This document shows positions 10,171 to 22,090 of a stretch of 64,000 nucleotides of DNA, piece by piece. The position numbers were made by a program, and so were the translations under genes. Under the pieces are notes generated by a model. That model was not told where the DNA came from. It made no database searches and saw nothing but the letters and a program-made list of their open reading frames with translations. This stretch comes from an uncultured delta proteobacterium (GTDB taxonomy: Bacteria > Desulfobacterota > WTBG01 > CAIYCZ01 > CAIRTM01). Within the stretch, counting starts at the first letter, position 1, and every line of letters begins with the position of its first letter. The DNA lies in assembly GCA_963804955.1 (NCBI GenBank), contig CAWDSQ010000007.1, forward strand, positions 128,001 through 192,000, read 5' to 3'.

Positions 10171-10750
10171 TTAGTGTTGCTCTCTCCCAAGCGCAAAGGC
10201 TTTTAAGTTAAGATCAACCAGCTTCGGCGGCAGCATTGCTCGTATAGCCTCATGCCATATATGTCTCCGCCACATCAAAAAACCGCGACAGCGCGCCAAC
10301 AAAGGCCACATTCAGGGCCTTGGCATTGCCCGCCTGTTTTGCAAGCCCCAGAGCATCCACCAGCTCGAAACGGCGATAGTGTGCGGAAAGCAGCCCGGGG
10401 ATAGTGCCGGGGTACTCATCCTTGCCGAGCGTCACCGACGGCGGAAGTATTTTCTGGTTATTGACAAGCACGACGGCATCAGGGCTGAGGGTGTTTAGAT
10501 AGCGCATTGTTTCCAGCAATTCAAATGAAAAAAGAATGTCAACTTCACCGTCCTTTATGAGAGGCGAATAGACTTTTTTCCCGAAACGCACATGGGTGGT
10601 CACGGAACCGCCGCGCTGGGCCATGCCGTGCACTTCGCTTTTCTTGACATCGAAGCCGGCTTTCATCATGGCCTCGGAAACGATCTCGCTGGCGAGAATA
10701 ACGCCCTGACCGCCAACGCCTGCCATCAATATATTGGTAACCTTATCCAT
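10171..10750 (-). CDS. iorB: Indolepyruvate:ferredoxin oxidoreductase beta subunit (frameshift near 10250)
   Basis: GVGGQGVILAS, EVHGMAQRGGSV; corrected end ...LNLKAFALGREQH*. Confidence 0.9.
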
Positions 10751-10758
10751 ATCAGGTC

Positions 10759-12517
10759 TCACTTTCCCTCGCTAATGGCTTCTTTTTTGCAAATCTGTGC
10801 GCAAACCGTGCAGCCCGTGCACAGCGTCTGGTCGATAGAGGCCTTGCCCTTGTCGCCGTCATTGCGCCACTCAAGGGCCGGGCAGCCGATCTGCAGGCAG
10901 GCCCTGCAGCCGATGCAGGCAGCCTCGTCTACAGCATGGGGCTTACGGGTCGCTTTAAACTCCCGGCGGTGCAGCACGCAGGGGGCCTCTGACAGGATAA
11001 CCGAAGCCTCGGGCCGGTTCACTTCTTCCTGAATAACGCTCTTGACCTGAGCCAGATCATAGGGGTTCACTTTTCTGATATGCTCGATGCCCAGCGCCCG
11101 GCAGAGCACTTCATAATTGACCTGCCTGGCGGGCTTTCCCATAAGGGTAAATCCCGTGCCAGGATGCTCCTGCCGGCCGGTCATGGCGGTAATGCGGTTA
11201 TCGAGAATAATAACCGTGCAGGCGCCCTGGTTATACGCGATATCAAGCAGGCCGGTAATGCCCGAGTGCAGAAAGGTCGAATCGCCGATGACAGCCACGG
11301 CCTTGCCGAGATTATTTTCTCCCAAAGCCTTGTCGATGCCCATGGCGCAGCTGACGCTTGCACCCATGCAGATGCAGGTGTCCATGGCGCTTATTGGCGG
11401 CAGGGCGCCCAAGGGTATAGCAGCCGATATCGCCCGACACAAACAGCTTCATGGTCTTCAGTGTATGAAAAATGCCGCGGTGCGGGCAGCCCGGACACAT
11501 ATTGGGCGGCCGGGCGGGGATATAATCAAGCAGGGGCTTTTCTTCTTTTTTCAGCCTGATGCCGGCAATGCCCGCATCGGCTGTTGCGGGGTTGAATTCG
11601 CCGCAGAGGGGAAAGACCTCTTTGCCGGTCACGTCAATGCCCAGGGCCTTTATCTGTTCTTCATAAAAAGGATCAAGCTCCTCGATCACGTAGAGCTTTT
11701 TCACCTTCCCGGCAAACTCCTTTATTTTCTTCGCCGGAAGCGGATGGACCATGGAGAGTTTTAAAAACGATTTTGCCGGAAAGCTTTCCCGTGCATACTG
11801 ATATGATGTGCCGCTGGCTATAATGCCGATATCGGTTTCCTGCAGAATAATTTCATTGCCGGCAAAGGAGTCGGCAAATTCAGCCAGTTTTCTGGTTCGC
11901 TCCTCGACAAGGGGATGGCGCATGCGGGCATTGCGCGGCAGCATGACGAATTTCTCAAACTGGTGCTGCAGCTCTTTGGGCGCTTCGCGCTTTTCCGGCT
12001 CGACAAGCTCCACAATAGATTTGGCATGAGATATACGCGTCGTTGAGCGCACAAATACGGGCGTATCAAAACGCTCGCTGAGCTCGAAGGCAAGCTTTAT
12101 GAAATCTTTTGCCTCCTGGCTGTCTGCGGGCTCAAGCATCGGAATTTTGGAAAATTTGGCATAATTGCGGTTGTCCTGCTCATTCTGTGAGCTGTGCATT
12201 TCCGGGTCATCGGCAGTGATAATCACCAGGCCGCCGCGCACGCCGGTATAGGAGGCGGTAAACAGGGGGTCGGCAGCCACATTGACCCCCACATGCTTCA
12301 TGCAGGCAAGCGCCCTGCCTCCTGCAATGGCGGCGCCGAGTGCCACCTCAAGAGCCACTTTCTCATTGGGAGACCACTCGGCGTATATCTCCTTATACTG
12401 GACGATATTTTCAAGAATCTCGGTGCTGGGCGTACCCGGGTAGGCCGCTGCCACCTTCACCCCCGCTTCGTAGGCGCCCCGCGCTATTGCCTCATTGCCT
12501 GACAGTAAAACCTTCAT
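10759..12517 (-). CDS. iorA: Indolepyruvate:ferredoxin oxidoreductase alpha subunit (frameshift near 11400)
   Basis: LSGNEAIARGA, YPGTPSTE, MKHVGVNVAAD, CPGCPHR, GDIGCYTL, GDSTFLHSG, two C-terminal 4Fe-4S motifs. Confidence 0.93.
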
Positions 12518-12544
12518 ACGTGCCGCCTTCCGCCTCTAGAAAGT

Positions 12545-12577
12545 AAAAAAGGGGGTGAGCTTTCGTCCACCCCCTTT
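12545..12577 (-). terminator. Intrinsic terminator after porin gene
   Basis: AAAGGGGGTG...CACCCCCTTT stem, T run on minus strand. Confidence 0.7.
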
Positions 12578-12598
12578 GTGCCCTGCAAAATTTCTACA

Positions 12599-14003
12599 TT
12601 AGTATTTCACGATCAGTTCAACAAAGCCGTAATTATTGTCTTTTATATTTCCCGAATTTCTGGGCTTGTCGACATCATTCAGATAATATTCAAAGTACAG
12701 GTCTGCCATGGGATGAAGATGATAGACGATCAAAGGCGTCCACTGCTTCTTATCCCAGGCGCCGCTTCCGCGTATATCCCGGATTGTTTTCTGGTCGTAA
12801 TTGGCCTCTGAATAGCGCAGCCAGAAATCCATTCTCAGCGGTTTCAGCTTGTAGCCGACCATGGCATACCACCAGTCGCTGGTCACATCGGAAACTGAAC
12901 CCCGCAGATATTCAGCCTTCACGGCATAGGGGCCGTAATCCCAGGCAAGGTCCATGCCGCCGCGCCGGTCACTGCGCGCACGGGAAGGATTGCCAAAGAA
13001 ATTGCCCTGCATGCCCGCATTGCGGCCCATGATGGAATTGAAGTTGTTCAGATCGTTATCGCTGAGCTTCTGGGTAAAATAACTTGCGCCGATTTCAAGC
13101 TTATCAATAAAAGCCTGCTTGGCGAAAACATAGCCCAGACGCGAACTGAAGGCCTTATTGTTGTTGTCATCAAGATTCATCTGGCCGACACCGAGCTGGC
13201 GGATGCCTGCGGGACGTGCGCCGAATCTGCCGCCATCGCCGTTAATCCCATAGCCGTTGAAGACTGCAAAATTCCACCGCCACTGCTGCCACTTGGTCAG
13301 GTACTGAATACCGGTAATGCGGGATATATTGTTCTCTACATGAAACAGGCTGTAGTCGCTGGTGACGCGACCGTCATAGGTGCCGCCGGGAACAATGCCG
13401 TACGCCATATTCCTGTGTTTTACCGACAATGAGCTTGCCTTCAACAGGGCCGATATTTAGGTTGCGAAACTCGGCAAATGCCGCCTCGAAAAACGTCGTC
13501 GGGCCTGCCCAGTTGCTGTAGTTGGAAAATTCGGTGCGCCCGGTTGCATTGCCGCTGGGATGAAACCACAGATGAAATTCCCCGGAAATATTTTCGCTCA
13601 CATCATAGCGCACGTTGACCGCGATTTCGGTCACGTCGAATGAATTTTCCTCATGGTCACCTTCCCACCAGCGCGAGCGAACATAGCCGTTGAGCTTGAG
13701 GTGGCTGAATTTTTTCGCAAGGTCATCAAGAGTCTTGAACTTTCCGGATACCTCGGCAACCTTCTGGTCAACCTGCTGGGCAGTCTGCGTTGCCTGCTGC
13801 TGTGCCGAGACCGCGCTTTGCTGAGTTGTTTCAAGCTGCTTCTGCAGATCCTGCATCTTCTTCTGCATCTGTTCCATCTGCTTTTTCATCATCAGAAGCT
13901 GCTGCTCAACGCCTGACTGATCCGGATTCGCGGCGGCAACCCCCGATAAAGAAAAGATGCTCAAAAAGAGCAGCACTGCGATGAATTTTACTGCATGTGT
14001 CAT
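12599..14003 (-). CDS. Outer-membrane beta-barrel porin-like protein with N-terminal coiled coil (frameshift near 13410)
   Basis: Signal peptide, Q/K-rich coiled coil, LKLNGYVRSR, alternating aromatic beta-strands, C-terminal VELIVKY. Confidence 0.65.
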
Positions 14004-14148
14004 TGGACCCCCTTATTATATATTATATATTTTAATTTTAAGTGTGCTGTGCTTCAATCCGTGGCTTTAGGAGATTTTATTATCCAGTACTCCCCTATTC
14101 CGCCATATTTCAATTCTCACCCAAATCTTTTCTTGAAAACAAGGGGCA

Positions 14149-14664
14149 CTATTGTGCAACGCCAACGCTCATACCGAAAGTTGCCGTAAACTTCACCGGG
14201 GTACCATTGAGATCGCCGTCTAGGTTGCTGATGTAAACAACCATAAGGGCAAAACCGTAAGCAGTATTAAACTTAATGGTCTTTTTCAGCTCATTGGGCA
14301 CGGTGGTTACCGGAGCGAACACAGTGGGCTTACCTAATTTAAAAGCGGGTTTTGTGTCCAGGCTAATGGCAACACCCTGAACCGTAAAGTCTACATCCGT
14401 TCCGAACTCCTCTGTCACAGCAGACTTAATCGATATGCTTAAATCGCCAACCAGGGTTTCATTGTCGCCGGTGCCGATGACCAGAAACAGCTGAGCAGGG
14501 CCGAGCTTGCTGAAGTTGATTTCATCACCGAGAATGAATTCGCGGGCAATCGTATCACCCGGGTCCATTGAAATAATCGGGCTGGCTGCCTGTGCACTGC
14601 TGCATACCATGGCCAGAGCACAACAAATGCCAGCCAACGCGAAACTGATTTTTGCCTTTTTCAT
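14149..14664 (-). CDS. Secreted hypothetical protein
   Basis: ATG with GGAGG RBS; signal peptide ending AQA; beta-rich. Confidence 0.6.
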   Translation of the reverse strand: MKKAKISFALAGICCALAMVCSSAQAASPIISMDPGDTIAREFILGDEINFSKLGPAQLFLVIGTGDNETLVGDLSISIKSAVTEEFGTDVDFTVQGVAISLDTKPAFKLGKPTVFAPVTTVPNELKKTIKFNTAYGFALMVVYISNLDGDLNGTPVKFTATFGMSVGVAQ

Positions 14665-14938
14665 GAATATCCTCCCTTTGTTTGTTTGTATTGAGGTCCA
14701 TATAGTGCAAACTAAGCCCGACAACTATCTTCTGCTGACTGCAATGGTTCAGCTTTCCTGACAATTACTGGCGCGTTTGCCCGTAAAATAAGTCTGTGCA
14801 ACACAATTTGTTCCGAATTGTTGCATACATATAAAAAAAACAACCCTGTGTCAATTAATATATTGGTCAAATCGATAAAAATTTTTAACTATGCGCATGC
14901 CGGCACTTTTTTTTATTGATGCCGCCAAAAAATCCGCT

Positions 14939-15920
14939 TCAAGAAGCTCCATGCTCTGCAGCTGAAACCGGCTCCTGACCTGCAAAAAAACACCGGGGGT
15001 TATCCCGCAGCATGGTCTGAATATGCTCATCGGTAACGCCGCCATACTGCAGCATGGGAACGATACGTTCGAAAAAGTTCGTTGGTTTCCAGTTTTTATG
15101 CCGGCCTGTGCCCATGCTCGGGCCGCCTACCCAGTGCCACACTGAATCGTGAGAAATCATAATGCGCGAGGCCCATCCCGCATGAATCAGCTTGAGCAGG
15201 CTGTCCACGCGCACCTCGTCGGGCAGTACGGTTTCCATGCCGATCTGGTCGAAACCGAGATATGACCCTGCCTGAACAATGCCGTGGTGATAGGCATAGC
15301 TGGTCGAGCTGCAGCTGTGGCCTATGATGATGCTGCGTGCGGGCACACCCGCAGCAGTGAAGATGCGCTGCTGCTCGTCTCCGAGTACGCCATCGGTGTG
15401 GGTGATGATGGGCGCCCCTGTTGCGACAGAGGCATGGGCAGCCGCAAGAAGCAGCTCCTGCTCATCAGGGCGGATGACGGGGGCGGTAGAGACAACCTTG
15501 ATAAAGCCGGCCTTAACGCCCGTATCGCCGATGCCATCGGTAAGCTCACGTATAAATAAATCAGCAATGGCATCAGGGCTGCCGCCCAGACGGTCACGGA
15601 GCCGCACATAGGTGGCTGTGCTGTATATGCCGGTGCAGCAGATAATATTCAAGCCGGTCTGCGCTGCAATCTCGGCCATAAGCGGCACATTACGACCAAG
15701 GTCGGCAGTCGTCGGGTCCACAATGCTTTGAACGCCATAGGCCCTGATCTGCGCAATATAATCCAGGCACCCGGCCATGGCCTCGTCGCGGGGCGGCCCG
15801 GATGGCAGTACTCCGCCGAGAGGGCCGCCATACTGCACGAACATATGTTCATGCATAAGCGTTGGGCCGAGTTCATCGGGTGTAATTGTCCCGGTAACGG
15901 TACTGATGGAAACTGGTCAT
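14939..15920 (-). CDS. Phosphotriesterase-related amidohydrolase (PTE/PLL family; frameshift just after start)
   Basis: TVTG..TLMHEH, DPTTADLGRN, GFIK, ITH, IGH, FDQIG, SHD metal-binding motifs. Confidence 0.88.
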
Positions 15921-16024
15921 AAAAATCTCCTTTTCAAGTCAAATCAAAACCATTTTCATGCACGCCATGATAATGGAATCAACAGTAATGGCAAGCTGTA
16001 TCTCTTTCGTCTGAATTATTTGCA

Positions 16025-16053
16025 TTGACGCTCACCTACCTTCAACCTATACT
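16025..16053 (+). promoter_or_regulatory. sigma-70 promoter upstream of queE
   Basis: TTGACG-17 bp-TATACT. Confidence 0.65.
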
Positions 16054-16201
16054 GAAATTTCAAAACAATCATCTCACTCAAACACACAAAAAGCGCCCTT
16101 CGCGGAGACATGTCAGCTCAGACTCTTTAAAAAGCTGTCAGATACCTGACAAGGCAAATTTCGAACAGAGAACTGCCATACAACCATGAATTAAAAACGC
16201 C

Positions 16202-16844
16202 ATGCTGAAGGTCAATGAACTATTTTACAGCATTCAGGGCGAATCGTCATATGCCGGACTGCCCTGTGTTTTTGTGCGGCTCACGGGATGCAATCTGCGC
16301 TGCTCATGGTGCGATACGGCCTATGCCTATGAAGAAGGCTTTAACTGTCTCGCTTGATGAGATCATGTCACGCATACGGGCATATCCCTGCCGCCTTGTT
16401 GAAATAACCGGCGGAGAACCACTCCTGCAGCAGGAAACCCCCGTGCTTGCAGCCCGCCTGCTCGACCAGGGCTATACCGTACTTATCGAAACCAACGGGT
16501 CAAAAAACATAGATATTCTTGATTCCCGCTGCGTTCGCATCATGGATATAAAATGCCCGTCGAGCCGGGAATCCGGTAATAATGATTTTGCCAATCTCGG
16601 GCGCCTCACGGCCCATGATGAGGTAAAATTTGTTATCGGCTCACGTGAAGATTATGACTATGCTAAGGCCGTGCTGAAAAAACTCCCCGACTTTTTCAAA
16701 ATAAAAAATATTCATTTTTCACCACTCTATGATATACTGACCCCAGTCATGCTTGCAGGCTGGATGCTTGAGGACGGGATGGCTGCACGGCTTTCGCTGC
16801 AGCTGCATAAAATCATCTGGCCGGATAAGCTTCGCGGGGTATAG
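16202..16844 (+). CDS. queE: 7-carboxy-7-deazaguanine synthase (radical SAM; frameshift near 16340)
   Basis: [39 protein letters not shown] in a frame not listed, then [19 protein letters not shown]. Confidence 0.9.
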
Positions 16845-16991
16845 GCCACACTTCCCACGAAACGCGTCGGCAGGAAAAAAAAATAAAAAACCCGTGAAAA
16901 TGAAAGTATTAATTGGACACCTGTAAACGATGCGGACAAACAGCTTTTGCAAGCTGAAAAGGTAAAAAAACTATTTATTAAGGAGCGTAGA

Positions 16992-17442
16992 ATGAATCCA
17001 CTTGAAGTTTTCCGGGAAAAATTTGCCACCTATCGCAAAATTCTGGACGAAGCAGGAGAAAAAAAAGCATGGGATACGCTCTTTGAGGGCTACCCCGAGC
17101 GGCAGCGCAATAACATGGGTAAATTTTTTGAAAAAAACCCCACCCTTGCCGCAGCTTTCAGTGATGCGGTTGCGCCCTATAAGCAAATCGGCATGGAAAT
17201 GGAAGTTGTCGACATTTCCAACAATACGACCGATGGCGTGCTTGAGATTCAGCGGGTCTGCCCATGTCTGAAGTTCGGCATTCACTCTGGAATCCAAGTT
17301 TGACAAGCCCTGCCATGTCATCTGCGAGATGGATGTGGCCGCCACCGAGGCGGCATTCCCCGGCATGAAAGGCACTATTCTCTCCCGTATGGCTGATGGC
17401 GATTGCGTCTGCATGTTTAAATACGAGCGCGAAAAAAAATAA
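16992..17442 (+). CDS. ATC-hydrolase-like (L-2-amino-thiazoline-4-carboxylic acid hydrolase family) protein (frameshift near 17290)
   Basis: QRVCP...KPCHVICEMD...SRMADGDCVCMFKY Cys pattern. Confidence 0.55.
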
Positions 17443-17456
17443 CCTGCTGAGAGAGC

Positions 17457-17488
17457 AAAGCCGCCCGTTTATGACGGGCGGCTTTTTT
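17457..17488 (+). terminator. Intrinsic terminator
   Basis: AAAGCCGCCCGT/ACGGGCGGCTTTTTT. Confidence 0.8.
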
Positions 17489-17941
17489 ATACCCTTTTGC
17501 CGCCGAAGGATTCGACTCGAATCTTCCAGAAACTTGATGACTCCGGGTTCTGCAGCGTCTTCTCAAGAAGGCCGTTCCATGCGCCCTCAGGCATGCCCAG
17601 ATGTTTTTCTCCTGCCCGAACAGCTTTTTTCAGCTCATCCGGATAGTCACATGCTCCAGCACGCCGTCGCAAATAACAGAGGTATAGTACATCTTCTGCA
17701 TCCCGAAATCCTCCGGCACCCGGCAGACCGCAAAGCAGACATTTTTATTCCTGTCGATATAGGCCATTTTGCGGCCTTCCTGCCGTATGGTAATATGAAT
17801 ACAGCCCGTATCGTAAAAATAGGCAAGAGGAATGGCTATAGGGTGTTTCGCCATCAGTGAGCGAAAGAAAGCCCATCTTCTCAGCAGCAAGAAAATCCGG
17901 TCTATTTCAGCCTGTGACATGGTTTTAATATCATACTGCAT
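17487..17941 (-). CDS. Pyridoxamine 5'-phosphate oxidase-like FMN-binding protein (NimA-like; frameshifted)
   Basis: IPLAYFY, EGRKMAYIDRNKNVCF, YTSVICDG across ORFs 17630..17941 and 17487..17672. Confidence 0.7.
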
Positions 17942-17965
17942 GGCAGTGATCCCCTTGACAACAGA

Positions 17966-18769
17966 TTAATGAACTTCAAGCCCGCCGCATACATTGATGG
18001 CCTGACTGGTAATGTAGCTTGCCTCATCTGAAGCCAGGAACGCAACGGCCCCGGCAATATCATCGGGAACGCCGACACGGGCTATTTTAATCATGCGGCT
18101 GTCCATCGCGGTTTCAACCACCATTTTTATGGTGCTGCCATGGGGTATATCCATTATTTTATCACTGCGGTGCCAGATAGGGGTGTCGATAAGGCCCGGG
18201 CATATCGCATTAACCGTAATATCAAAAGGTCCGAACTGCAGGGCAAGCGCCTGGGTGAGGGCAATCAAAGCGCTTTTGGATGAAGCATAGGTGATACTGC
18301 CACCCCGGTTGGTTTTACCTTCGGTTGAGGCGATATTGATAATACGGCCTTTAATGCCGCTGTCGATCATGTGTTTGGCTATCGCTTTGGTAAAAAAGAA
18401 CGGGCCGCGTACATTGATCGCATAAATGCGGTCCCACAGCGCCTGATCGATATCCTCGTAAAATGCATTGCTGTCGCCGGTTCCGGCATTGTTGACCAGT
18501 ATGTCCAGCTTCCCCAGCTTTTCAAGCGCTCCGGCAGCCGTTGCTTCCACATCCTGAACAAGGGCAATATCGCAGGTGAAGGGATATGCTGCGCGGCCGA
18601 GTTCCTGAATCATGCCCGCGGTTTCCGCAACTCCCTGCTCATTGACATCCACAACAGCAATATCTGCGCCTTCCTGCGCAAGCCGAAGAGCTATGGCCCT
18701 GCCGATACCGCTGCCGGCGCCAGTAATCAAAGCCGCCTTACCCTGAAAACGGTTTACGTTCTGCTCCAC
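17966..18769 (-). CDS. Short-chain dehydrogenase/reductase
   Basis: TGAGSGIG, NNAG, YASSK, NAICPG; GTG start with AGGAA. Confidence 0.92.
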   Translation of the reverse strand: MEQNVNRFQGKAALITGAGSGIGRAIALRLAQEGADIAVVDVNEQGVAETAGMIQELGRAAYPFTCDIALVQDVEATAAGALEKLGKLDILVNNAGTGDSNAFYEDIDQALWDRIYAINVRGPFFFTKAIAKHMIDSGIKGRIINIASTEGKTNRGGSITYASSKSALIALTQALALQFGPFDITVNAICPGLIDTPIWHRSDKIMDIPHGSTIKMVVETAMDSRMIKIARVGVPDDIAGAVAFLASDEASYITSQAINVCGGLEVH

Positions 18770-18905
18770 AATGTATTCCTTTCTTTTACATGTTACGCTC
18801 AGAATAAATATACTATCCGGCATACTGCATGCCACAGATATTGCTGCCCTGAAACAGTGTACCGGCGCCTGGCGCACACAAGCCGCGCAACAAGCGCTAG
18901 CAGCT

Positions 18906-19472
18906 CTAGCGAGGCCCCCCAGCTTTTTCTGATGGAACCCCGCTGGGGCGCACATGCTTTTTACGCTTCCTGGGCTTTGGCTTGGGCTTCTTGACAATCT
19001 TTTCTCCCGCAGGACTGCCGTCGGGATTATAGCTTTTCACAGCTGCCAGGTCATCGGGCCCGGTAACGCGGTAATCCCACTCTTCCTTTATCTTGCCATT
19101 GCGGTAAAAAACCTTTTTAGACTGGGCGTTTCCGTCAACATACTGTATGTCCTCCATCAGCTCACCGGTTTCATAATATTCTTTTCCGATGCCCTGAGGC
19201 ATATCCTTCGTATAATTGCATTCCGACTTGACCGTACCGCTCTCATAATATTCCCGGCTCAGGCCCTCCTGCCTGCCATCTGTGTAATTTGATTCAGACA
19301 TGAGCTTTCCGCTCTCATAATACATCTTGCTCAGGCCCTGCATGGTGAGGCCCTTCATGCTGAGCTCGGCCATAATATTCCCATTCTTATAATACTGTTT
19401 GATAATGCCGGCCGATACCGTACCTGAAGCAAGCACCAGCAGCACAAGTGCGACAGCAAAAATCCTTGCCAT
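18906..19472 (-). CDS. Secreted MORN-variant repeat (YwqK-like) protein
   Basis: Signal peptide; repeated YYESGxxxSExNYxxG units. Confidence 0.8.
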   Translation of the reverse strand: MARIFAVALVLLVLASGTVSAGIIKQYYKNGNIMAELSMKGLTMQGLSKMYYESGKLMSESNYTDGRQEGLSREYYESGTVKSECNYTKDMPQGIGKEYYETGELMEDIQYVDGNAQSKKVFYRNGKIKEEWDYRVTGPDDLAAVKSYNPDGSPAGEKIVKKPKPKPRKRKKHVRPSGVPSEKAGGPR

Positions 19473-19805
19473 ATTTTTCTCTCCGGGAAGGTTGATTTCA
19501 AATTTTGTATTGTATGGCAAACACTTCAGCACTGTCAAATGGAAACACGGCAAAGAATTAAAGGAACCGTCAGGTGCGGGGAGCTATTGGGCATTCTAAT
19601 AACAAAAGAGAAACTCTCAAAACAACTTTCTATGGCATTTTGTAAGAGCACAGATGTTTCGACGCCCCTAGTTTAAAGTCTTTTATTCAAAATTGAGCAG
19701 AGCCTGAGAGACTCTTTGTATTGCTATCTGCTGGTATATAAATTTAAATTAAAAAAACTTTATTTATATAAAAATATACTAATAATATCATTAAGCCATC
19801 ATATT

Positions 19806-19828
19806 AATACCAGTATTTTACTGGTATT
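19806..19828. promoter_or_regulatory. Perfect 10-bp palindrome, candidate operator
   Basis: AATACCAGTA-ttt-TACTGGTATT in the AT-rich divergent intergenic region. Confidence 0.45.
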
Positions 19829-20089
19829 TTATATGTTAAAAATCTTGGGTTGAGAAAATATTTTTATTTTGTTAAAATTAAAATAGAATTTTATATAATT
19901 TTTTTTCACAATTCAAACAAAAAATCGCAATAACAAATCTGGACGAATGGACGCAGGACTTTCATACAATTTGCTTCCAAAAACACTTTTCAAGCAACGA
20001 TGTGTTTAAAATAAAAAAGATTGTCTTTTTTCTTCAGGCATACAATGCATTTCTATAGATACAACTAAAATAATTTCTACAGGAGAAAC

Positions 20090-22026
20090 ATGCTTATGAG
20101 AAAAACCGAGATTAGAAAAAAACTCAGATTCTTGGCGGTAGCAGCTTCTTTTTTATGCATAGTGATGGGGTATGGGGTTTCATGGGCCGCAGACAGCGAT
20201 GGTGACGGCATTGACGATGCGATTGACAACTGCCCCGCCATTGCAAATCCCCAGCAGCTTGATGCGGATGATGATGGCATAGGAGATCTATGCGACCAGA
20301 CCCCCGGCTGCGGCGGCTGCGGCGTGCCTGCCTGTGAGGGGCAGTGCTATGATGCGGACCTTGACCATTTGGGCTGATGAGATTGATAACTGCCCGAACA
20401 TCTGCAATGCCCAGCAGCTTGATGCCGATGGCGACGGCACCGGCGATGTGTGCGACACAGCACCCGGCTGCGGGGGCTGCGGCCAGCCGGCCTGTGAAAC
20501 GGATTGCACAAAGGACCCTGAAGTAACAATAACCGCAGACCAGACTGTTGCAGACAAGTTCAACCGCTATACGGTGACAGGCATCAGGACACCCTTGCCG
20601 CAGCTTCCCGATGTGCCCGGGTTTCGGGGGGCAGCCTATGTGACGGTCGGGGATATCAACGGCGATGGAAAGCAGGATATCATTAGCACGTCAGGGACTG
20701 GATTAGATGTGAATCCTTTTACATCTGACGGAGCTGTCGCGGTCTTTACGCAGGGCGCAGATCTTGATAGCTGGAACCAGTCTGTTATTTATCCAGTTAA
20801 CACGACAGGCCTTCTTGGCTTCCCCAATGAAACAGTGCTGCGGGATATGGATGGAGATGGTCTTCTGGACATTATGGTTTTGGATAACTTTATTGCCGGC
20901 TGGTTTACCCATTTCCCGGCGGGTATATATTATTTTAAAAACCTTGGCGGCGATATCACAAACAAGCTGAACTGGGAACTAAAGACAATTTTCCGCGGAG
21001 ATGCAACCCAGATCGGCTGGTCATCCTATCATCGTGCCCGTTTTCTTGATATAGACGGAGATGGACTTGAAGACTTTCTCACCACAAAAGTGTGCATGTA
21101 CAACTGGCAGAATACTTCAGAACAGTATAATTTTATGGAATGGTGGAAGAAAAATGATAATGGCGATCCAACATCATATACAGGACCCATTGCCATAGGT
21201 GACGGCGCCGGGTTTTTGTTCGAAACGGTTGATATGGATGCGGATGGCGACCTTGACATTGTGGGCCCCCAGTTTTTCATTCAAACACCAGGCACACTTG
21301 TCGTTAAGGGCCCTGGCGATATCCGCGGCGACAGCCTCATCTGGTTTGAAAATCCGGGCACTGGTGGTGCTGTAACCCAACCCTGGAACCGCTATACGAT
21401 TGACAACTGGTACACATCCCAGAATCCCCTGGGCAAAAACTTCGAGACAATTGCAGCTGATATTGATAATGATGGAACTATTGAGCTGGTTAACACCAAC
21501 CATAACCATCAGGACTACAAGCCGAACAATGTGCCAAGTGATCCGGCCAACCACAGGATCTGGAATTCCGGGGTGTACTATCTTGGCATTCCTGCTGATC
21601 CGAAGGTTACGGCCAACTGGAAACCGATTACGATTGACCGGGGTGACCCGAACCTCGACCCGACTGATGCAGTAGCAGTAGCAAATGACACCTATGCATG
21701 TGATCGACCAGGCGGACCCTACAGCCAGGGCTCACCGGGTATGGTTCGGGCGGCAGATATCAGCGGGGATGGCTACCTTGATCTGGTTGTGCCCGGCGAC
21801 GGCAAGGGAGCGGTGTATTACTATGAATCACAGGGCAGATCTGCCGGCAAGCTGCTGTTCAAGCAGGGCAGCGCTCTATAAGGATCCTGCCTGCATGCCC
21901 GGTGATGCGCAGATTGTTGATATTGACGGCGACGGCAACCTTGAAATCGTATCAGTGATATACGATACCAGTGTCGCGAAAGACTCGACATCAGGCTCCA
22001 TATTTATTTACAAGCTGAAGCCGTAA
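20090..22026 (+). CDS. Secreted thrombospondin type-3 repeat plus FG-GAP repeat protein (frameshifts near 20370 and 21870)
   Basis: DxDGDGIxD..DNCP..N.QQLDADxDGxGD.CD twice; multiple DxDGDGxxD FG-GAP loops. Confidence 0.8.
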
Positions 22027-22052
22027 GAGCTGCTTGTAAAGTCTAAAAAACC

Positions 22053-22090
22053 AAGGGCGCCTGGGGCATATACTCCGGGCGCCTTTTTTT
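22053..22090 (+). terminator. Intrinsic terminator
   Basis: GGCGCCTGGGG/CTCCGGGCGCC stem plus T run. Confidence 0.7.

Noticed and set aside
14797..14825. TGCAAC..AATT...AATTGTTGCA palindrome as a sigma-54 enhancer
   Set aside because: No correctly spaced GG-N10-GC promoter found downstream
16150..16180. c-di-GMP-I riboswitch (GGCAAA...CGAA)
   Set aside because: No GACGCAAAG junction or P3 stem
18906..19472. Toxin-antitoxin system (YwqK label)
   Set aside because: No adjacent toxin; generic MORN-variant repeat protein
20190..20510. DNA direct repeats as a CRISPR or DGR template/variable pair
   Set aside because: In-frame TSP3 protein repeats; differences are not adenine-specific and no RT or cas gene is nearby
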